Shown: positions 25,880 through 39,744 of the stretch, in pieces | Numbering within the stretch: position 1 is the stretch's first letter | Layout of the letters: each line of letters begins with the position of its first letter | NCBI GenBank assembly: GCA_002245135.1 | Contig: NGBS01000007.1 | Span: 62,001 to 126,000 of the forward strand | Source: Proteromonas lacertae | Lineage: Eukaryota | Direction: 5' to 3' | DNA: 64,000 nt | Position numbers and translations under genes: made by a program | Notes under the pieces: model-generated | Told to the model about the DNA's origin: nothing | The model's input: only the letters and a program-made list of their open reading frames with translations | Databases searched by the model: none

Positions 25880-27582
25880 ATGTCTGATCAACCTTCAGAA
25901 CAAATAGACAGGGTAGAAACTGAGAAATCAGAAGAAAATAACGAAACAGAAAATACAAAGCAAGAAAATCCTAATGAACAGGAATCTGAAACTAAACCAG
26001 AAAAGAATGATCAACCTCCACCACTATCAAATGATGATAATGAAAAAGAGAAACAAGATGAATTAGCAACTAAAGATGTAACAAGAGAAGAAAGAGAGAG
26101 TATTTATTATTTCCTTTTATTTAATTATACTTACTAGGTAGTTTAGATCAACCAGCAGCTACTATAGATATAAAAGAAGAGTCATCTCCAGTAAGACAAT
26201 CACCAAAACCAACATCAACTAAAAAAGCCGAAGAAGTAAAAGAAATACCAGCTGCTCCACAGAATCCAACTCCTGAACCAATTCAAATGCCACCAGACAA
26301 CAACAACAACAACAACAACAATAGTGCTCCGTTTGGTGGATGGACATCATGGTTTACATCCAAAGTAGAAACATCATTACAATCATTTACTGATTTTATT
26401 GTTCCACCAATTGACTCTAATAATAATGCACCAAAAACATCAACAGAACAACAACAACAACAACAACAACAACCTCCACCTCCTCCATCAACAGAAGAAC
26501 AAAATAAAACTCAACAGAATGGAGGAAATGAAGAAGAAGAAGCAGAAGTTCCATTAATCCCAGAATCAGCCAGATTATTCATAAACAAACTCTTACAAAA
26601 GACTAACAAAGTAGCAGAATCCTTCCAAAACAAAGTGACTGAAATCGCACACAATGTTCAAGAAGAAGGTATAGTCAATGCAAGCCAACATGTGTTGAAT
26701 GATTTAGGTGATAAACTGAAAGAAGTAAGTCACCAAGTAAGTCATACTTTGCTACCAACACCATCACCTGATATTGATAATGATGATGACAGTAATATTA
26801 CAGATCCTTTATCATTCCAAGCTGCTTTTATTAAAATAAAAGGATATGATACTGTTAAAGTGATTAACAATCTTAAAGAGACTATTGAGAATGATTTATC
26901 AGGTAAATTAGGTTTATTATCACCAGCTGTTAGTTCAATATATGATGCAACATTTACTACGATTGATAATGAGTTAAAAAATGAATCTCCTAATGCAGAA
27001 TTCAAAATAACTGATGAGGAAGAATCTAAATGGATTTGGGTTGAAATTAATGAATATAAAGAGATGATTGGATCAGCAAATTCAAAAATTGATAAATTTA
27101 TGAATAATATAAAAGAACAATTAGCTACTGATGATGATAATAATAATATAAAAGATTATTTAAATCAAATATTACCTGAATTGCAATCATTAATTTTAAC
27201 TTTATACACATCTATTACTTCATTATATTTGAAGATTATTTTACAAGTTGCATTGTATTATAATTCCAACGAAGATAGTTCATATTTGAATCCTTCACAG
27301 GCTGTAAGATTATCTGAAATTATAAGATTCCATTTTCAAGAGTACAGCGGATTATATATTGATTTTGTGGGATTTATGCATTCAATATCTTTTGAGAAAA
27401 TGGTTAGTAGTTATTTTGACAAACATGAAAAGAAAGACGAAGATGTTAATTCCATCAGTAATTGTCAAGAGGTTTTTGATAATTATTTGAAATTACTTGA
27501 TTCACAAAGTAAAACACTAATGGAGAGTAAAAAGGAAATATTTAGTCCATTAGTTAAATCGCAGATGATTAATGGTAATTAG
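25880..27582 (+). CDS. Hypothetical protein, acidic low-complexity N-terminus with GGWxSW motif and helical C-terminus
   Basis: ORFs joined by an intron at about 26100-26137. Confidence 0.55.
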
Positions 27583-28519
27583 AATAAAGATCTGGACATT
27601 AGATGTAATCTATTATTATTTCTATATCATTTTTAATTGTGTTTTAGTGTATTTTCTACCTTAGTAATAGGTATTTGTGATAAATCTATATTATATAAAA
27701 AATTATCCGTTTTATAAAATGTATTTTTAATTTTTGTGAATTTAAAGAAAATAGTAGAAAATGAGCCTTTTATATGATAACATTTTATTTGTATGATCAA
27801 CTGATATATTATATTTCAAAGTAAACAACCAGGACAAGCAATTAGTGATATTGTCTAGAATCAATTGTTGAAACTTATAGGCAAATGAATAAATGACACA
27901 TCATTCTATCCAATCAAAATAGATTTTTTATTTGATTGATAATGTGACAAGATTGAAATGAAGAAAGGTCTTTACTTACCAACGACTTATTGGTTTTATT
28001 GAATTGATAGAGAAGGGGGAAATATGAAGTAATTTTTGAGAGTAGTATGAAATTGCTTGATTTACAAAATATATACATAATGGAGAATACAAAAGAAATA
28101 TTTAGTTTATTAGTTAAATTTCAGATAATAAAAGGTAATTAGAATGAACTACAGGACATTCGTTATAATGTTTTATATTATCCGTTATTGTTTTATATTT
28201 TTAATTGTAATATCGTTCATTTGATGTTAATAATAATAACTTTCTTAATTACAGATGTTTGTACCACATAATTGAATTGTGAAAAAATAATTCAAATTCA
28301 AATTAAGCTTGATATTGGACCAATAAAAAAAACATAAATTTGCGGTATTTATTCATTTTTTTTGATTTTTCGCTTCAAATCTAAAGGTACCCTTGTTTTT
28401 ACATATATATTATTTATAGTTTTTTGTTATACCTTTAGCCAAGTAGCTTGCCACTAATATCAGTGATTTATTAGTATAGTATGTAAAACTAACTTTTAGG
28501 CCAAATCATATTCAAGCAC

Positions 28520-29464
28520 ATGGAGATCAAGAGCGATTATGTTTTATCAAGCGATTATAAAGATCTTGAGGATATTAATTTACCTCCTCTTATTCCAATA
28601 AGCTCGTTTGATCCTCACATAAATGGTATAGATGATAAATTGTCACCATTACCAAATGACGATGAAAATTGCAATATGTGCAACAGTGAAGAGTTTGAAC
28701 TTAAACAAACTGATCTGCCAGTGTTCACAAAGGAGGAGGATGTGATTAACCCAATCGTCGTTTCATGTGAACAGAAGCCTAACAAAAAGATTGACATGAA
28801 GAAAGAAATGTTTCATACGTGTTGCAGTTGTAAAAAAAGAGTGTTAATGCGGAACATGTTTTCATTAGATTACAAAAACCCTTCACTATTAAGCAAATTA
28901 ATCTGCCTTACGTGTTCTTTACACATTGATGAAAGCTATCTTTTACATGACTGGAGTTGCAACATCGAATGTGATGATAGACGCCACTGTCCAAGATGCA
29001 AAAAAGACAAGCCAAACTACAAATTCAAAAACTTCAATAAATATTGCGATTATTGCTTGATAAAAAAGAAATGGTTGAGATTAAAAAGCAAGCTGCAGAA
29101 TGATGAAACATATGGCGGTTATGAAGATAGCAGCAGTAACAGTAGTGGCGATGAATTAGAGAAAGTGAGTAATAAAAAAGTGAAGTGTTGTAGTTGTAAC
29201 TTGTTAGTGAATATTGATCATTCATTTTTATACTTTAAAGTGAAAGATTATTTTTCTAACAGATATATATGTTTAGAGTGTTCTTTAGATGTAAGTAATT
29301 GTCATTTATTACATGATTGGGAAGATTATGTTGATCCTGAATATGGTAGAATGTGTAATCGATGTAAGAAGATCAAATCGTTGTCAAGGTTTAAGATTGG
29401 TCATTTAGGTTGTGATTATTGTTCTTTAAAGAGAAGAAGGTTATATTTATTAACAAGAAAATAA
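28520..29464 (+). CDS. Protein with two tandem 8-Cys zinc-binding repeats
   Basis: CCSC..ICLxCSL..LLHDW..CxRCKKxK..F..CDYC present twice. Confidence 0.75.
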   Translation: MEIKSDYVLSSDYKDLEDINLPPLIPISSFDPHINGIDDKLSPLPNDDENCNMCNSEEFELKQTDLPVFTKEEDVINPIVVSCEQKPNKKIDMKKEMFHTCCSCKKRVLMRNMFSLDYKNPSLLSKLICLTCSLHIDESYLLHDWSCNIECDDRRHCPRCKKDKPNYKFKNFNKYCDYCLIKKKWLRLKSKLQNDETYGGYEDSSSNSSGDELEKVSNKKVKCCSCNLLVNIDHSFLYFKVKDYFSNRYICLECSLDVSNCHLLHDWEDYVDPEYGRMCNRCKKIKSLSRFKIGHLGCDYCSLKRRRLYLLTRK

Positions 29465-29611
29465 GGAGTCAATAATGAACATTAAGTTGATTAATAAACA
29501 GTTTATCATCATGATTTTCTTATAGTTTGTTATTGTGATGAAATATATATATTCCATAAAAAATATTTTAAAACGAAATAACTACTATAAGAATAAAAGA
29601 GTAAATATCAA

Positions 29612-30205
29612 TTATATATTTTGATTTGCATTATCATCTTCAAATTCAACTTCATTATACTGTCTACTATTCTTCAAATTCATATATCTATGTTCTCTTA
29701 TATTTATTCTTATCTATAATTGAATTATAATAAATACTAATACACTTGTAACAAAACCAATTATCTGAAATATTAAAAAAGGAAGAACTAATAAAATAGC
29801 AACTATATTAAGACCATCACCATACTTAACATATTTTATATACCAATCTACAATCCCAATCATAGAAGTAATAATTCCTACTAAATAACATAATCCTCGA
29901 ATAATTGTAACAATTGTTGTAACAACTTTATACACTTTACCATATGGCGGATGCGATGTATAAAAGAAACCAAAATGACACACTACAACAAACGGCAATG
30001 CAAGCAAGAAAATTGTAGATATTGAATTAATAGTTGAAAACAACACAAATACACCAATTAAATTAATAACAATTTCCAGTATAAATAAACGATTAATACT
30101 TGCCTTTAGTTGTGTTTCTTCAAGTTCAAATACTCTCTCAGAATTACTCACTCCTTGGTTATTCGTTGTAGTATTAATAGGCACAGCTACAGTAACAGGA
30201 AGCAT
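29612..30205 (-). CDS. 4-TM membrane protein, paralog A
   Basis: Four hydrophobic helices, FVVVCHF, PY..VY; 3' intron. Confidence 0.7.
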
Positions 30206-30572
30206 AATAAAATATTGATAATTAAATAATAGTGAGTTTTATGACATTGTTTAAACAAAAACACTTTCTTTCAAACAGGAATCAAATTTATATATTATTT
30301 AAAAGAATGATTTAAGAACAAATTAGGAAGTTAAATGCCTATGAACAGTATGGACATGTTACAGTATTTTACTGAACATTTAGCAACTGTTTCATTCAAC
30401 AATTATATACATTAGATTGTAAATCAAAATGAGAAGGAGAAAATGAAATGATTTTAAAATATACAATAGAAATAGTTGTTGGGATGTTTGATTTTTTAAT
30501 GCTAAAAAAGAATATTATATAACAAAATAGCTTAACAGTGATTATAATAAAAACAGCAAATATAAAGTCAAA

Positions 30573-31176
30573 CTAGTTAGTTACTGTGGTAGGATGATTA
30601 TCTGAACGAACTGCGTTTTCTTCATCATCCTGAAGTGTTATGTTGACAGTATTCATGAATTTCCATTCTTTAACATTGATGATTATCTATAATATAATAT
30701 AATATAATACATACAGATAAAACAATATTACATAACTGTATAAGAACATAAAGAAAAGGAACAGCTGAAATAAAATATCCTGCTACATCATTTAGCATTC
30801 TAGGAGGATTTATATTTATTTCTATAATCGCCGCAATAAAAATCACTCCAAAAGCTAAACCAATAAAATAACATATGCACCTTGTTATTGTTAATATTGT
30901 TGTAAGAACCATATATACTGTTGTGTATGGAACATATGATGATAAAAAAATAAAGAAATGACAGACAACAACAAATGAACTTAATCCACACAAAACAATG
31001 AAAGGAATAACATGTGAAAATGTAGATGATATGAAGACACAAATATCAATAACAGTTTCTGCTATGAACAGCTGAATTATGGTCTTCTTTAATTTCTTTT
31101 CTTGACTGGTAAGGTCAGACACACTAACTTCATGAATATCATTGATAGTTGTAATGGTAATGTTGACAGGAGGCAT
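30573..31176 (-). CDS. 4-TM membrane protein, paralog B (tandem duplicate)
   Basis: Same motifs, same intron position and duplicated upstream sequence as paralog A. Confidence 0.7.
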
Positions 31177-31376
31177 AATGAAAGACAAATAATATCGAAT
31201 GATACAAAAATTGTGAGTTTTATGATTGTTTAAACAAAAACATTTTCTTTCAAACAAGAATCAAACTTATTTGTTTTTCTTAAAAATGAATTAAGTATGT
31301 TTTATTTGGTTATATTGATAAATAACAATAGTTTATTTCACACTTAAAAACATTTCAAAACAAAAAATAAATTAAA

Positions 31377-34136
31377 CTATATTAAATTAACATTATATAT
31401 CATTGTTGGTATATATATAATTGTAGATAGATACTATAGCAAGAATAAATCAATAAAAATATATATACATTATAAAAATCATATGGATTAATCCTCTCTT
31501 GAATATCATTTTTCTTTATAAACTCTTCTAACAACTCATCAATTCTATCATCACTAATATTTTCATCTATTTTCTTTAACAGATTCTTCAACCCAATTAT
31601 TGTTGTATTATTATTACCATCTAACACTATTTTACCAACTTCATCCATATAATGTTTATAATGATTAAATATCTCATCTATAAATTGATTATAAACTTCT
31701 CTCAATAAATAACTCTGTGTCTTATCAAATTTATTTTCAAAGAAGCGTTTATATGGAATATCAGATGTTTTTAATTTAGTTATATCAAGGTGAAGACTTG
31801 TACAAAGTTTTGATTTATTCAAACTATCTTTCATTGGGAATAAGTCGTGAAATGAATGTAATATATGATACTTTGGTAATATCCCAATATCTGTATGTAG
31901 ATCCAACATTTCAATTCTATATATATATAAGTAATAATATTTATACTTTTGCAAATACAATAACAGTTTTTCATTCATTTTATACATTTCATTATATATT
32001 AATAGTGGAAGTTCATTCATTATACTTTTCAACATTATTCTCACTTTTGGATCTATTGAACTGTAATGTTGTAACCAATATAATAGATTATATGATATTT
32101 CTATTACTTCTTTCTTGATATTATTATTTTTACTATTGCCATTATTATGGTTTTCACTGGTATTAGTATTGGATGTAGGTATAGTTTCACTATTTTCTAC
32201 TCTATTCAATAACCAGTTGTATATAAATTCATCTCTTTTTGTATCATGATAATTTTCATTATTTTCAGTATATTCTATTAAGCTTTGTATTAATTCAAAT
32301 GTCTCTTCTATTGTATATTTCTTAAATTCAACTGTTCCTTTGTATCGTAAATACTTTGGAACATCTTCACCATTTCCTAAGCCATGGAAAAATTGAATAT
32401 TTGGATCATCTTTGTTAATATTGATATCTTTCAATCTTTCTAATAATATGATATTCTTCATTCTTTCATTCTTTATTCTTTTCTCTTCTAATTCATGTTT
32501 CTTTCGTGTTAATTCAGCTGCCATTCCTCCTGTTATTCTTACTTCATGAATATTATTACATAATGTATAAGATAGTACCAAAGTAGAATTTCTAACATTA
32601 AAAAATATATTAATAGAGTATATATATATACTGTTCATAATTTTTAGTTTTACAATAATTCTCACATTCTTCATTATAATTCAATATTGGAACAACATCA
32701 TCCCATTCTGGCCTTGGAGTACAATATCCTTTTCTTTCAAATAAATCTTTTCTTTCTTTTACTAATTTATTATATTCTTCTTGCATTATTACTAAGTTCT
32801 TTTTATATTCTTCAATTAGACTAATTCCTTCAGTATATTTTAAATTCAATTTTGTTAATTTGTTCTTCATTTCATCCATATTATCTAATAATTCATTGTA
32901 TGAAACTTCAGGAACGATTTCTGTATCTAATTTTCTTTTCATTTCTTTTAAGTCATCTTCTGCTATTGAAAATTCACTATTTAATGCTATTTGATGTTGA
33001 TAACTAGCAGCATTGTGTAATTCTAAAGCTGTAGCTTCTTTACTAACATTTTTGTGGGTAATTTCAGCTGTTTCTAAATCAGTGATTCTTTGTGATCGGA
33101 TTTTCACTAATTCTTCATTAGATTCTTTTAATTGAAATATCCTTTCTTTTATATTGTTTATTGATAATTCTAATTCATCTTTTTGACTCTAATTAATAAT
33201 AATAATAATAATATAAAAATATACTTGTAATGAATCTAAATGATGGTTAGTTTCATTCAATTCATTATTCAATCGATATTCTCTCGACATCCATAACGAC
33301 CATTCATCATTCAATCTTTCTAATTCATTCTCTAAATATATCGAATATTTTAATGATAATTCTTCCACTCCTTCATTACTTGCTACAGTTATTGATTGAA
33401 TAATATTCTCTAATGATTCTGATAATATTGAAGTTAAACTTTGTGGGAATAAATTGATTATTTCATCGTATATTTCTATTACCATTTTGATAATATCTTC
33501 GTTATCTTCTCCTATTCCATGTTTATCTTCTTCTTCTAATATTTGGTTGTATTTTTCTTGAATTTCTTTCCATAAAGGGTTGTTCTCTATATCCATCACT
33601 TTTTCAAATGATTCTTTTAATCCTTCTGCATCTGTTACTGCTTCTGGTAGTAGTGTTCGTATTCTGGTTCGCTTTGGTAAACGAGTTCTGGGTGTTGGAT
33701 GAGGATTTGGAGTATAATCAGAATTTTCTATGTTTAAACCAGTTCTTATTATTTCTCGAGTTTTTTGTGGAGGAACTGGCCTTATTTTATCACAATCTGA
33801 GTTCATTCTATTAAATCTTGGAGATAAGTCATCAACATATGCTGATAAAGGTTGTTGATATTCTGTCTTTGCCCTTAATATTCTTGCTGAAAAGCATTTT
33901 CTATCACTTTTTATATCTACACCATTACTACATCCTGCAACCACAGCACCATTTCTAATCCCTAAACCTTCATCTATCAATGCTTTTCCAACATGACTCT
34001 TCTTATTTACTGATGAGTCTGTGTTTTCAATCAATCTTCTGTATATTTTCTCATTTATGGGAGGATGAAAAGGTTTTTTAATTTCAGAAGAATCAGATTT
34101 TGATTGTCTACAGTCTAAAATCAATTGCGGAAGCAT
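31377..34136 (-). CDS. TSNAXIP1: TSNAXIP1-like coiled-coil protein (cilium/flagellum-associated family)
   Basis: TPRPEWD and FFHGLGNGEDVPKYLRYKGTV motifs, coiled coils, EF-hand-like C-terminus. Confidence 0.65.
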
Positions 34137-34180
34137 AATAATTTAAATATAATAAATAAAGACGTTTCTCATTCAAACAT

Positions 34181-34192
34181 TTGGCTTGATTA
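34181..34192. promoter_or_regulatory. TTGGCTTGATTA promoter motif
   Basis: 45 nt upstream of minus-strand ATG 34136; same 12-mer as at 840. Confidence 0.6.
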
Positions 34193-34237
34193 CTTTTGTT
34201 AAAAATGAAAAAACACATCATAATAACATACAATAAA

Positions 34238-35226
34238 CTATAAAATCTGTTTCCTAATGAATGTTGAACTTAATAAATAACTTTGTTGTCTTTGAATCAC
34301 AATTATCTTCATTGGTTTAAATCCTCTTTCAATTCTAGCCATATTCAACGTATATGAACTTTGCAATGTTTCTGTAGAAACCATAATAGCATCATAATTC
34401 TCATACGTCGTTGTGTCACCTTCAGCGTTCTCTATCTTCATTAATGTAACTTTTAAATTTGGACAAAGACTAAGCAGATAAAAATAAATACATATATAGC
34501 AATACATTCTAACATAATTCTCTACATTCTTATATCTTGTTTCATAATCTTCCATTTTTTCTGTATTAGATTTAATTAATCTTGGACTATCATATATCCC
34601 TATTCTTACCTCTTTAATAGCATAATGACATGCTTCTGATAATAATAATTGATGTCCTACATGCAAATGATCAAATGTACCACCTACAGCTATCTATTTG
34701 GATATTATAATTTTTAATTTAATACAGTATTAAACCTTTCTTTTGGATGATCTTCTACAAATATACACCATTCTCTGAGTTGGTTATGTTTTAAATAACA
34801 CTCTAAACTGTAGAATATTACTGGATTTAATGCTTTCAATTCTCTTTCTTTATTGATTCTTTCTCTTTCATCTGTATTATCATTTTTTACTAGAAAAACT
34901 AGATCTAATATTGGCAATTGTAATAACGATTCATAGGAGCAATATTTGGATTTGTCTTGATATGCAGGGATTATTATATATTTTAATGTTGGCTTTCCTT
35001 TGCAGTTTGCAAGATCCCAAATCCTAGGTGATAGTATTTCCATATAATTGCTATCAGGATCTCTATTATGTTATAAATAGTATTTAAAATACTCTCCATT
35101 TAAATAAATGTAAAGTAACTTAGTACAAACTCCTAAAACATGTTCTAAAATTAAATCATTGTAGAATGAATCTTTTGAAGATATAGGTACATTTAAACGA
35201 ATCAAGGCTGTTTCACAACAAGACAT
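34238..35226 (-). CDS. Phosphopantetheine adenylyltransferase (eukaryotic PPAT/Cab4-type)
   Basis: AVGGTFDHLHVGHQLLL, AIMVSTET, LSSTFIR. Confidence 0.85.
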
Positions 35227-35332
35227 TCTTAAAAATTAAAATGAAACAGAGCTCAAGCCATACTCAAGTATTTTGTAATTTGGCGGTCTTTTGAAATAAC
35301 TCTATATGGCTGGTGTAGTTGTGCTACAATAT

Positions 35333-35793
35333 ATGTCATCTCCTCAGAAAGCTAATTTATTTGACAGGAAACCACTTCTTTATAAACACAACCCTAGAGA
35401 ATCGTTATTAAATGATTTAAGAGAAAAATGTAGAAAGAGAATACAAAATTTAAGAGATGTATAATTTAATAAATTGATATTTGTAGTTAAAAATATCGCA
35501 GAAGAGAGATTATGAGAATATTGTTAATCAAGTTTTAAGGAATGAAAATATCAAAATTGTTGATGTTGACCAATTAATTTCACGTATATACTAAGAAAAT
35601 ATGGTTTTTAATAGAAACTCATTTCATTTCTCAAGAAGATTACCATAATTTAATGATACAACTTGAAGACGAGTTTTATCAACCTTGTATATTTCTTAAG
35701 TATATTTTAGTGGGTGATACAAGTCAAGAAATTGAAGAATACTCACAATATGAAATGGATTACTTGAGTTACATGGCTAGTCTTCAGTCATAA
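35333..35793 (+). CDS. RPA-interacting protein (RPAIN)-like, lacking C-terminal zinc finger
   Basis: LYK...LREKCRKRIQNLR N-terminal motif; 3 introns; absent from the ORF track. Confidence 0.5.
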
Positions 35794-36051
35794 TATTAGT
35801 TTTATTATATTTATTATTAATACATGTAATTTTTCGTCAATTTATTTGTTTTTGACTGTTTATCAGAAAACCGCCAAAAATGGAACTTTCCGTTATTTCC
35901 ACATACTAGTAATAAGACAGAGTATAATCCAAACATAAATAATAGATATTAAAATAACTATATTTGTATAATACTGTTTTGTTTTTGATGAAAATAAGAA
36001 TAATACATATAATACATAATAATACATATTCAATCTGTATTTTCACACATA

Positions 36052-38049
36052 ATGTCAAATCGATTTTCTGTTTATATTACTGTTCCAGAAGAGGGAGTTA
36101 TTAATTACTTTTGTAATAAGGGATACAATGATGTGACTTTTATAGTTGAAGAAGAAGAGATTGGTTGTTTATCTGTTTTACTTAAAGAAAAGAATGTTAT
36201 GCTAAAGAATATGATAGAAGATAAACATCGAGAAGAAAAAGTGAAGTTAGAAAGAGTAACAAAAGTTGGTTTTACTAATTTACTGAAATACTATGGTTAT
36301 GGATTGACAGAAATAACAGATAGTAATGTATTTGATATATTAATGGCATGTGTTTGTTTCAATGAGATGAAGTTATTGGATGACTGCAAAAAGTACATTG
36401 CAAAGAATATCAGTGTAAAACTCATTCAAACCATGTTTAATGAGATACCTTTGAATGACTATAAGCCATTAAATGATATTGTTCTAAGAATTAGTGATTA
36501 TTTGAGTATATATGGAAATGAGTTTTTTAAAGACGAAAATTTGATTAATAATGATATAGACTTATTAAAATCTATTTTATTGATGAATAATTTAGTAGTA
36601 AAGAGTGAAAACTACTTATTCAATCAGCTAAAGAATATTGAAAGTAGTGGTGATGATGAAAACAAGAAGCAGATGATAGAGTTATATAAAGAGATAAAGA
36701 TAGAAGAATTAGAAGAAGATGAAGAGAAAGAATTAAGAGATATACTTAAAAAGAATGGAGTAGAAGATGAAAAAGAAGAATCTGTGGAAAGAATCTATAT
36801 TGATCCAGAACCAACCAATGATGAAACATTCAATAAATGGTTTTACTTGTATTGTTTAAAACATGAAACAAATAACAGCTTGTTGGAAGAAGAAAAGAAT
36901 TATCTATATCAATTGAGCTTGTTGAAGTTACAATCATTTATTCCTCAATTATTGAATAACAAATCAATCCTAACATTAAGTAATACTGTGGATTTAATCA
37001 ATGATTTTAATTTGGAATATAATAACGATTGTATAAGAATAATTATATTATATCTATAGTGAAAAAGAATTACAGATCAAGTCTAAAAATACTCTCTTCC
37101 AGATACAAATTATTACAAAAGAAAATTAAAGAAGAAGACCAAGCAAAAAAAGCTTCTATTGTTAAAGATGATGATAAAGAAGAGGTAAATCCATTACAGA
37201 TTCAGAAAAATTCAATAATGAAAGCAATGTTGTTATTCTGTAATAATTGTATTGTATTTTATTTTTTATACTGACATAGATGATATAATCTCCTTAATAA
37301 AATATGAATGTGAAGATGAAAATATCTTAAACAATTTTAACCAATTTATTTTAAATTATAAAATATTTTGTACAGGATTGTTTGATTATTATAAAATTAA
37401 TAACCAATATCAACATCTTTTATCATCTAATATAGTTGCTCCTTCATACTTCAAATACCCTAAAGATAATTATAAGTCAACTGTATATCAATTACCATTA
37501 ATAATAAAAAGCCTTTTTATAGGAGAGAAGTGTGAATTTTCTATCACAAGCATCTAACAGGATATAAGTTTCGAATATATCTTGTGACAAATGTACAGGG
37601 GATTTAACTATCAATGGATGTTTGGATGATACATATACTATAACATGTAAAAATGATATTGGATCAATATCTACAAAAATAAATATAGTAGTAAGAGATA
37701 TTGGGGAATGGTATAAATCAAATCAATTAATTACATATGACCCACTGATTCACAAAGTAGATTTTGCTAATGCAAAGGATATTTAATATTTAATATATGT
37801 TTTACAGAAGGAATATATCAAATCAAATGTTGTTGTACAAGCAATGTTAGTATTAAGGCTTGTATAATTGAATGTAATAATATTCGAAGAAAATTAGATA
37901 TTGTTAATAGTTTTTACGCAGAAGAGTATGTTATTATTTTTGATTTAATAAAGAAAGAAATAGGCTTTAGAAAAGAAAATGAAAAGTTTATCAATACAGT
38001 TCATAGAAATATTAAATCACCAATATATTTAATGGTGGAAATAATTTGA
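36052..38049 (+). CDS. BTB/BACK protein with Ig-like and SPRY-like C-terminal regions; frame disrupted near 37550-37570 and 37780
   Basis: NDVTFIVEEEEIGCLSVLL BTB start; TGDLTING..TYTITCKNDIGS Ig-like segment. Confidence 0.6.
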
Positions 38050-38493
38050 CTAATTACAATACTACTTATTTCATAATTAAATATATGGAAAAATTGTCAA
38101 ACGTTTAATAATAGTAACGACAAAGATTACTTTATTTTTATATGAGAGAATAATTATATTCTATATTGATATTCATTTTATGTAAGTGTATTTTATTTTA
38201 TTCTGTCATATACATATTTTTCTTCTTCTTCCAAGCCTTGCCATATGTCTTATCACTTCATTCTGAAGATCTGTTCATATTGATCATTCTTGTATATATA
38301 AAGTGTTACTGTAAGATTATAAATAATTTTCATCATCAACGATTGTAATATTATAATCAAGCTATTAGCATACCAGAAGTGGAAGCACATCATAAAATAA
38401 CATTGATTGTGCGAAATGCTATGTGTATGAAATAAAGAATATGAGAGAATAGAAAAAAAACACCAATAAAGAAATGAAAATAAATACTTGAAA

Positions 38494-39580
38494 TTAAGCT
38501 ACTATTTGAGATAAAAGATACATTTCAAATGGGTTTAATGTATGAATAAAAATCATTTTCCTTGCATAGTCTTTCCCCTCTTTATTATTATCATTAAAAA
38601 ATGGATTTACATATTTATTTAATTGGTGTAATATTAACTTTAGCAAAATCAAACACTATTCCCATATAAGCATCTTCAAATAATATGGTTTTACTCATAT
38701 AATAAGTTGCATTTGCTACAGTTGGCAATATGTTCTTAGAAAAGATATATCCTGGTCCACTTGGTTGAGGAGGATAAGTAGGATTAGGCCAAATATCTGT
38801 TGGAACATAAAATATACTTGTGGTTCTATGAATTGCTATATTTCCTACCCATCTATACCCTATCACATCATATATTGGTTTATTTGGATTATCTAAAAAT
38901 TTACTTCTAAATAATTTCACATTGTAAAATGTATCATCTGATTGATGCATGTAATATATGTAATTACTACAGTGATCATTTACCCATCTAACTTCATGCA
39001 TAGTTTGAGTTGTTAAATTATAATACGATGCATAAAACTCAAATTGAATTATATCGTTGAATATATCATTTTCTTCTTTCACTAATTGATTAGTTGTTTC
39101 ATTACGAGATTTAGCTGTGAAAAAGTATACTTTGTAATCTTTGTATATATGTCTATATATAATCCTTCGAAGATAATTAAATGGTGCTCCAGAAATACCT
39201 ATTATTATTGATTTTGATCCTTCACATGGAGTACTTGGTTCTATGATGGTAGAATAATTCAAAGGGAAGCCTACAGTATACCCTTCTCGCTTTTGACTTT
39301 TATAATGCTTCTTTTCATCTGGCAAATTTGATCTTCCACATATAATTCTATCTGTTAATGGAAAGCAAAGTTCATATAATCTGTAATATGTGTTAAAAAA
39401 ATTGATAAGACTTCTGTAAACTATTGTGTAGTTATTTCTCTGTGTTACTAGGTTTGGATCTAAAAATCCAACTAATCTCTCTTTAGTTTCGACCACTCTC
39501 ATTCCTATTAAATTCAATGTAAGAGTACTGCAAACAGCAATAAGTAACAAAATTAGTCCACATTTAATCGAATTTTTCAT
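38494..39580 (-). CDS. GT31 beta-1,3-galactosyltransferase-like; +1 frame break at 38618-38620
   Basis: Type II TM, EENDIFNDII, YYNLT, DDTF, YPPQPSGPGY, EDAYMG; +1 frame supplies IFIHTLNPFEM. Confidence 0.85.
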
Positions 39581-39744
39581 TATTTCAGGATTTAAATTCT
39601 ATAATAGGTGATTTTTGTGTTAATAATTTAGTTAATAGTAGTTATAAACAAGCAAAAGAAAATTTAAAATTGGTAAAAATAGGTAAATTACATAAAGTAC
39701 AAATAAAAGCTTGTCATAACAGATATATTTTTTTAATATCCAAA

